Position numbers and translations under genes: made by a program. A DNA stretch of 63,218 nt, filler included, from Reticulomyxa filosa (lineage: Eukaryota; Protista; Foraminifera), in assembly GCA_000512085.1 (NCBI GenBank). It is 17 parts of 17 records of this genome, joined end to end, with 100 filler letters (N's around TTAATTAATTAA, not from the genome) between each part and the next. Parts side by side here need not be neighbours in the genome. Positions count along the whole stretch, not along the records: positions 52,901 to 54,047 come from ASPP01041554.1; positions 54,148 to 59,572 come from ASPP01021840.1; positions 59,673 to 60,778 come from ASPP01014842.1; positions 60,879 to 61,924 come from ASPP01032940.1; positions 62,025 to 63,218 come from ASPP01018903.1; 12 more parts are not named here. One strand, given 5' to 3'. Each line of letters opens with the position of its first letter. Position 1 is the stretch's first letter. The notes under the pieces are model-generated. The model was not told the origin of the DNA, searched no databases, and saw nothing but the letters and a program-made list of their open reading frames with translations. Below, in pieces: positions 53,698 to 63,218 of the stretch.

Positions 53698-53790
53698 TCA
53701 TATTGTCTTTTTTGGTCGACAACTTCCGACCTTCGTCTTTTGCGTTCCACGCGATTCTATTCGCTTTAACACATACCAAATGGCTTTGTG
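53698..53790 (-). mobile_element. Degenerate Tc1-type transposase N-terminal (HTH / GRPR-like) fragment
   Basis: AIWYVLKRIESRGTQKTKVGSCRPKKTI*, resembling V..ILKR...G......SGRPKKT. Confidence 0.5.
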
Positions 53791-56258
53791 TTTGCGATAT
53801 ATCATATTTATTGTATGAGAAAATTTTTCATATTTCAAATTAAGTTAAACCACAAACTTTAATACACTATAACGTATCTGTAACATATTGACATATATTT
53901 TACTTTTAATAATTATATTTTTGTTTTATTTTTTATTTTAATTTTTTTTTTCTTATTGTTACTATTGCTTGGTGTAAATGATATAAAGATCAAAACAGTT
54001 ACACCTTGCCGAAACGACTATATTTCAATGATATTTTCTTTTGATTTNNNNNNNNNNNNNNNNNNNNNNNNNNNNNNNNNNNNNNNNNNNNTTAATTAAT
54101 TAANNNNNNNNNNNNNNNNNNNNNNNNNNNNNNNNNNNNNNNNNNNNTTTTGTATATTGCAATTTCACATTTTTCTGCAGACTTTTCCTCAAATAAATCT
54201 AACAAAAATATCTTTACTAACAACTGAAAAAAAATTAATCATAATACAGTGATGATACATAATTATCATTGAAGCAACCAATCAGATACTCGTTGGGTGT
54301 CATCGATTCCAACACCGACTTTGTGGATAAGTACAACTTGATGTCGTCGGAAATGATCAAAATCATGGTATTTAATTGCTTAGTATGATAAGAAATATGG
54401 AATACGCACTTGAGTAATCAAGTCAAACAAAGTATGCGTTTTCTAGAGCATGAAGCCGCCGCATCTCAAACAGTGAACAAGGAGGAAACAAGCACGAATG
54501 ATTTCACATTTTCTTTGATGTGGGGGGAGGATTTGTGAATTTTTTTTTTTGCTTGTTTTGGGAAAAAAGGGTACTTTCAGTATTATGTTCCCTGTCCAAA
54601 AGAAACACCAATAATATCATTAATTTGAGTAGCAATGATCTCTGTTAATCTAATCTATAAATATGTTAAATAATTTTTCTCGAAACTATCAATGAATTTA
54701 TTATTGCTTCTTTTTTGATTCATAAAAAATTAACTGCATCTTAATTTGGACATAATTATTTTTGTATTATTATTATCAGCGTTCGAAAAAAAGTTTGTGA
54801 ATGCAAAAAAATAAAAAATTATATAGCATACTCTTAATCTGGTTGATCCCAGCATTGGTCTGGTCTAACCTTTTAAGGAAACGGCCGACTTTGTTTCTTC
54901 TCATAAGATTGTTTTACACCATTGTGTTAGCACTGCAAAGCGATTCAATTAGAATTTTAAAAAAGCTGAATAATATAAATTAACATTTCAGAAAGTAGCG
55001 ATCTATCAACAAAATATTAATTAGACGAGAAAAAAAAAGGCTCAGCTTGGTTTAAGTTCAGTGATACAAATTATTACTGAAAAAGAAAAAAAATTATTTC
55101 AAGTGAGCATGCATATTTTCGTCAAATTTTATTGTTTTGGCCCATTTACACGTTCCTCAATTGAACATCGAAAAAAAGGATTGATAAGAATGTATGGACC
55201 TTTGGAAGACAATACAACAATCACCGACCATCCTTTTTTGGAGTTCATTTCTTCAATAGTTATAATTTCAAACCACAGCCAAGCGTCATTTCTGTAAGGA
55301 AGAAGTGGAGAGGAATAAAGCAATATATAAATGTGTTCAAAACATTGAGTCATATGTTATGTTGATTATGATTGTTAATTGAAATTATTTTAAATGAATA
55401 ACTATCGTTTGCTATTAGCATGTTTTTCGTGTAGTTTTTCATTTGCTAGTTTTTGTTTCTTTTTTTTCTCTTTTATGTTCGAGTTTTTGTCAATTGCGTT
55501 TTCGTTCTATGTCTGGCTGATTGCTTTGTAAGCGTAATCTATGACTGGCCCCAATGATATTAAAGTCCATACATAACCAATATCTTCAAATTGTAACATT
55601 TAATATTTCTATAAAAAAAAAACAAACAACATGGACCTCAGTATCGAAGTGCCGAATAAAAAAATACAAATATATAAGTGTGGCAGCTTGTTCTTACGAA
55701 CCTTTAAGCAACCACACTTTTTTTTCTAACACTGTCTGCGTTATTTCGCATTCAAAACAGAAAAACAAATTTAACAAAAAAAAGTAAAAATAAAATCCTT
55801 TTTTAGTCTAAAAAAAAACACTAATAAAATATTTATATAAATAAAAATATTTTGAGTATAGTTCATCAAGAAGGTCTTTTTTTTACAGATATTAGTTTCA
55901 TGAGCGAAGATTATTATATTTGAATTCTTATAATTTTGTACTTTCAGCAAAGACAATTACATTTTCAAAATGGAATTTCTTTTTCATGTAAAAATTTCTT
56001 TTATTTTGTGTTTGTTCTGGTTTAAAAATTATTGGATGAGTTCGTTATAGTTTTCATCAATGCTGCAGAAAAAGCGATAAGCCTTTCGGTTGTAACTTTT
56101 TGATAGGAATGCAGAAAATGATGGCAATTTTTTGTGTAGATGAAAACTATGTTCATTTGATTCATCAACCATTAACAGTAGTACTAAAAACGTGTTAAAC
56201 ATAAAAGAAGCCAAGTAAAACGCGCTGCTCAACGCACACTACCCACAAAAAAGCCAAA

Positions 56259-57719
56259 TTATTTTGAGGCGAGACCATGATTATAGTTGGTGTAAATGGA
56301 TCGTGACTCATCGACTTTGTTTTGCCACATGATTCTTGTAGACAAAATGTTGAATTGTTCGCCCATCAGAACAAAAAAGCTCTGAAACATGGCCCACAAA
56401 GGCCCAACGTGAATTTCCTCTGTTCCATTTAAAGTTGCATCCACAGCCCATTGGGCAATCTCTTCTGGAGAATACGTTAAAAATGAAAAAGCAGTGAACG
56501 CCATGGACAAGTTGGATTGACTTTGACTTGCAAAGTTGGTTCTCACGGCACCTTTTGAGTCAATGTCACAGCATACAAAATTGAAAGTCAGACGAAAGAG
56601 AAAAGGGTACAAACAAATAGTCACAGCAAATAAAAAAAAGCACCTGGGCAGACAACGGTACATCCAACTCCAGTGCCCATCAATTCATATCGCAATCCTT
56701 TTATAAAATAACGCGCAAACGCTTTAGTAGCATGATAGACAGTAGCATGAGGTCCAGGAGTGTATCTATTAATTTCATTTCATTAATGTATACGTTTCAT
56801 TTAGCCATTTTCAAAGTAAAGAAATGACAACTCAACGAAGCACAACTGGAAATTTGGCAAATTCTCCCTTTGTTTCTCAAAACAAAATATCGACCAAATT
56901 TGTGTGCCAACTGAACACAAACAGTGGCGTTGACATTGATCATCGCGGTCAATTGATCTAGCTTCTGATTTAAAAAATCACCAGTCATTCCAAACCCGGC
57001 ATTGTTTAACAATATCTCCACGCTGGATAAATCCATTTCCTTAACGACTTGATCGTATACGTACTGTGCCGCTTTCATTGTGTACATACACACATGCACA
57101 TATACATAAACGCATTTTTACACCCGCGAATTCGGATCAATCTCCCCCCCCCCCCCTCCCTCTTCCTTAAATTGTAAAGTACTTAAAAGGAGGGGGGGAG
57201 GGGTGTAAAAGTGTCAAAAACGCATGTCCTTCTTTCTATTTAAAATAAAAAAAAAAATAACCAGCAGGATCAGCCAAATTGACGACTACGTGACGAAAAT
57301 CTTGCGCTTTGAACCTTTCCTTCAATTCCGACGCATAGTCTTTAACTTGTGGATTGACATCTACCAGCACCACGGAAAATCCTTTTTTAGCATAAATTTC
57401 GGTGGATGCTTGTCCGATACCTTTGAGTTGTGCATTAGTATTGCTATTGTATTGGTTTCATTTTTGTTGTGGTAGTGTTTAAAATAAGACCTGAGGCTGC
57501 TCCGGTCACAATGACGTAGGAATTCGGGCTCGGTTTGATCGGGGTTAGCATTTGATTGGGTTTATAAAACAACAAGTAATACAACCCATCAATGATTATT
57601 TTTTGGTACGCCATCACAATTATCAGTATTGGTATGTACAGCACCAGCGAACATATCAAGTAAAGGATTTGCAAGAAAAATACGGGCTTTGGAAACGTTA
57701 GAACGGACACCGGTGGCAT
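56259..57719 (-). CDS. Membrane-anchored short-chain dehydrogenase/reductase, about 5 exons
   Basis: N-terminal hydrophobic segment; VIVTGAASG/IG; LLNNAGFG; INVN; ISS; YHATK catalytic YxxxK; CP/GAVRTNF. Confidence 0.9.
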
Positions 57720-58702
57720 CCAAACCCATTTCTCTTCTGGTGATTCCTTTTTTTGTTATTTTTATTTTCCATCTCTAAGAGATAATATTCTGTTGTAAGT
57801 AATGCGTATTCAAAAATCTATATTTTTCTTGCTAGAACTTTTCACGTGAACTATGCCCACGGGGTTTTGGTAAGTGCTGTTCTTTGGTACATTTAAACCT
57901 GTCTTTAATTTTTTCGCTGTTTTTACGACGTTGTCGATAAATAACGTAAAATTTTAATCATTATGCAAATAGATTTCAAGTTTATTTTCTTGATGTAAAC
58001 GTCGTGTGAATATATTTAAAAAATAATCATTGACTTAATCCATTTTTCGTTGAAATTAAGTGCTTTTATATATACGCACATCCCTTTCTTTTATTTCAAT
58101 TTATCACAGATTTTATTAGTACTAACTAGTCTAAAAGTATATTGTTATGATACACAAAACATTTTAGTGCGATGCCATTTTTTCCTTTTCAATAAAAAAT
58201 ATTTTTGTTAATTTTGGAAAATTTTTTTTTAAGTAATGATTTAAAAAGCTATGTCAAGAAAATTACAAAAACTGAACAGTTTCATTTGCTCGAGTGATAT
58301 CTGTAAATATTTTGATTGGGTTGCATTTTTATTTATCTTTTTGATCAATTTGAGTAATAACATCGCACTAGCAGTGAGTATCTTCTTCTCCATTGCTTGG
58401 CATGATTTTTAGCTTTTTTGCTTTAAGTATAGCAATGATATTACGTCAAGTTCTCTTGAAAGGAACAGTATGTTCAAATGTATATCTTATTTCTTGTGCT
58501 CTTTAATTTGTTGTTTGAACTAATTACTGCACATTGGTTTTAGAAATTATCTTTCAAATTTTTTGCAGTCAAAAATACTTACACTTTATGTTCGGGTTGG
58601 TGTAACGTCTCGAAAGTGATTTATTTTTTATTAAAAAAAACGTAGTGAAAATAAGATGGTACAACCTTTTTTCCCCCTCTTTCTCAGGGACATGTTTTAA
58701 AA

Positions 58703-59118
58703 ATGTCTGATGATACATATGTTTTAGATTCACAATGGCAATATGCAGCTTGGGCTTGCTTTGTAAGCGGTATGATTTCAAGCAGCTGCATAGCAGCAAT
58801 GAGTGTGCATATTTGGTACCACCGCTTGGAAAAGCATAAGGGCGAAAGAACAATTCCCAGAAGACTGTTGTGGATGATACTGTCAATGTTTGTGTCCAAT
58901 CTGGTGTGTTCACTATCGTTTGCAATCCTTCGAAGCAGTATATTATTTCCAAGCCTGCACACCTACATTCATCAGCACCATCAATCCAAAGCATTTTGCC
59001 GAGTAGTCGAATTGATAACAGTGACATCTATGGCATTTGGAAAATTGTTCATGTACCAATATTTTATATTTCGGCTGCACATAGGTATGAATAAACATGC
59101 GTATATTTTTAATAAAAT

Positions 59119-59150
<32 letters not shown>

Positions 59151-59492
59151 TACAAATATATATTATATGTATATATAAAAGTAAAGTACATATGTATAAT
59201 GCATACATATAAATATAAAGCATTTCGACATAGCACGTTTGAATACAATCGCAGAGTGTTATGGGGTTTGGGTGGAAGTGCGGCAATAGTGATATTGTCG
59301 TTGGCAACAGCATTTTTGAAAAGCGGTTGGGGCCGTGTCATCCATGCCAAAGTAGATACAAATAAGCATTTGATGTATTGTACGTTTGAAAAGTTTTCGA
59401 GCCAACAGCGATCCAGTCTGATTTTGGCGTACGTGCTCGACTTCATTGCAACAGTGACCATCTTGTCGATGTTCGTTGTTCGATTGCGCAAA
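58703..59492 (+). CDS. Multipass membrane protein (GPCR-like), 3' partial
   Basis: At least five hydrophobic segments, CRV..GKLFMYQYFIFRLH (TM3-like), intron ~59084-59220. Confidence 0.6.
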
Positions 59493-59528
59493 GTTATTTT
59501 TTTTGGATATATGTTGAGTGCTCGTTTT

Positions 59529-59560
<32 letters not shown>

Positions 59561-59672
59561 GAAAAAAAAAAANNNNNNNNNNNNNNNNNNNNNNNNNNNN
59601 NNNNNNNNNNNNNNNNTTAATTAATTAANNNNNNNNNNNNNNNNNNNNNNNNNNNNNNNNNNNNNNNNNNNN

Positions 59673-60778
<1,106 letters not shown>

Positions 60779-60878
60779 NNNNNNNNNNNNNNNNNNNNNN
60801 NNNNNNNNNNNNNNNNNNNNNNTTAATTAATTAANNNNNNNNNNNNNNNNNNNNNNNNNNNNNNNNNNNNNNNNNNNN

Positions 60879-61924
60879 GACAACGCATTTTCATAACATT
60901 TTTTTGCTTCCATTCCATTCCCCTTTTTACAATAGATATCACCTAAAATCTTATATGAAACACCAACATCTGGATGATTAGAATTTAATTTCTTTAATCT
61001 CAATTCCAATGATTTGTTTCCAAATTCAATTGCTTTATCATATTCTTGTTTATTATAATAAACTAATGCCAAATTTTTGTATGAAAAAGCAACATGAGGA
61101 TGATCAGGTTCCAATTTATTCAATCGGATTTCCAATGATTTATTGCAATATTCAATTCCTTTATCATATTCTCCTTTCTTTCCATAAACAAGTCCCAAAT
61201 TATTATATGAGCAAGCAACATCAGGATGATTAGATCCCCATTTATTCAACCAAATTTCCAATGATTTTTCATGATATTCAATTGCTTTATCATATTCTCC
61301 TTTATTGTCATAAACGCTCCCAAAATTATTGTATGAATTAGCAACATCAGGATGATCAGATCCCAATTTATTCAACCGAATTTCTAATGATTTTTTATGG
61401 TATTCAATTGCTTTATCATATTCTACTTTCTTTTCATAAACTCTCCCAAAATTATTGTATAAGCAAGCGACATCAGGGTGATCAGATCCCAATTTATTCA
61501 ACCAAATTTCCAATGATTTTTCATAATATTCAATTGCTTTATCATATTCTCCTTTGCTATCATAAACACCTCCCAAATTGCTGTATGAATAAGCAATATC
61601 AGGATGATCAGATCCCAATTTATTCAACTTAATTTCCAACGATTTTTCATGATATTCAATTGCTTTATCATATTCTCCTTTGCTGTCATAAACACGTCCT
61701 AAATTGTTGTATGAATAAGCAACATCAGGATGATCAGATCCCAATTTATTCAACCGAATTTCCAACGATTTTTCACGATATTTAATTGCTTTATCATATT
61801 CTCCTTTCTTTTCATAAACAGCTCCCAAATTGATGTATGCATAAGCAACATGAGGATGACCAGGTCCTAATTTATTCAACGAAATTTTCAATGATTTTTC
61901 ATGATATTCAATTGCTTTATCATA
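60879..61924 (-). CDS. TPR array of 42-aa (126-bp) units (kinesin-light-chain/TPR_12 type), internal fragment
   Basis: About 8 units of GEYDKAIEYHEKSLEIxLNKLGSDHPDVAxSYNNLGxVYxxK. Confidence 0.92.
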
Positions 61925-62024
61925 NNNNNNNNNNNNNNNNNNNNNNNNNNNNNNNNNNNNNNNNNNNNTTAATTAATTAANNNNNNNNNNNNNNNNNNNN
62001 NNNNNNNNNNNNNNNNNNNNNNNN

Positions 62025-62060
62025 GTATTTTATGCGTTCAGTTTTCTATGCAATTTACTG
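62025..62060 (-). mobile_element. Tc1/mariner-like terminal repeat, copy 3 (diverged)
   Basis: Reverse complement reads CAGTAAATTGCATAGAAAACTGAACGCATAAAATAC; abuts the contig start. Confidence 0.65.
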
Positions 62061-63218
62061 CAGCGATTTAATAAATTGTAATAAACTGCAATAAAAGAAT
62101 ATAATTTTTCTCAAAAACTAAGAAAGATACAAGACTAATTTTTTTTTTGAAACATATCTACATGACTTGAAGATTACTAAAAAATAAACAAAAATATCAA
62201 TGCAAGTGTAAATTATTTACAGCCTTGTAAAATTTTAAAAAATCATTTGAAAAAATGAGAACTCGCTAGCGTGTTGTCGGAGTCAAGGGAATGCAATTCA
62301 TATATTTCTTGTTTGGTTTTATTTTTTCACAATGCAAATATCTACAGTAACGAACCAAACATAAATACCCATTTATTTTTTTCTGCATTAAACTTTTTTT
62401 TGGAAATTTTCATAACATTATTTCTTTACAATTTAGTATATTTTAATTAACAGAAGATTTTTTGCATGCCAGAATAATACTATTATGAAATTTTTAAGCA
62501 AAGATGTTTGTAGTCAATTAAAAGTATTTACATGACAAAGACAAAGCAGGGCAGCATTCTCATTAGTAAAAAGATAAAAAAGTGTAATCCAATATTTTAT
62601 AATAATCGGAGTAAAAATTATTATTTTATTTTGTTTTTATGATTTGATGCCCCTTAATCAAAAAACAAATATATGTTACAATCGCGTTATCTTTGATAGG
62701 AAGAAAGTTGGACAACTTATAGAACTCATCAATTGTTTTTGGCTCGTTAACTTCTTTTTTTTTAGGTACCTTTCGTTTTACAAAGATAAAGATTACCTTT
62801 TCAAGATAAGATTGCATATATATATGTTTTGATATATTGTATCGTAGCATTCTCTATCATTTTTTGTTCTGATTCACTCAATGTTTTCATTATCTACTCT
62901 GTGATGCAAAGAGAAATTTTTGGGAACAAAAAATTACAATTTAAAAAGAAAAAATATGTTGCCTTTAAAAATTTCACTGCCATAAAACTCTTTGTTAAAA
63001 AATACGTCGACATTGTCAATCAGGAGCATTAAATTTTCCACAAATGTATATGTATGCATTCTCCTTCATTGATAATTCGTTCACAAAGCTTGTTGAAAGT
63101 ACCATAATAGATATGGTCAATCACACAGTATCTCTGGCACTCCAATGTTCGCTGTATGAAATAAAAATTCATGTCAAAACCAAGAAGTACCAATACACAA
63201 TAAATGACTGCAAAATCG

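Overview
This window is not one locus. It is 17 short contigs joined by 16 artificial spacers (N44-TTAATTAATTAA-N44), so adjacency across spacers means nothing. Sixteen contigs are AT-rich, intron-containing eukaryotic DNA. The expanded WD40, Kelch, TPR and NACHT-WD40 families and the poly-A/T and (TA)n-rich introns resemble the foraminifer Reticulomyxa filosa (inference, not verified). Housekeeping genes: TTLL tubulin ligase (missed by the ORF track), CAMK-like kinase, RBR E3 ligase, MSH6, CKS, VPS11, long-chain acyl-CoA synthetase, RasGEF, GABA transaminase, an SDR, PH, DysF and ankyrin proteins, and two multipass (GPCR-like) proteins. One contig is a GC-rich bacterial frmA/adhC gene, most likely a contaminant. 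Degraded Tc1/mariner and non-LTR elements are present. Two highlights: (1) an NLR-like STAND protein with a Cys-rich domain, a RelA/SpoT-type nucleotidyltransferase, NACHT, pentapeptide repeats and 14 WD40 repeats, a candidate signal-nucleotide-producing immune receptor, found alongside a decayed paralog and a hypervariable TPR array; (2) a 235-bp TGTA...TACA element with a 4-bp target duplication inside a CKS exon that could be spliced out as an exactly 239-nt GT-AG intron, i.e. possible intron birth from a mobile element. Many single-base frameshifts sit in homopolymers and are probably sequencing errors.
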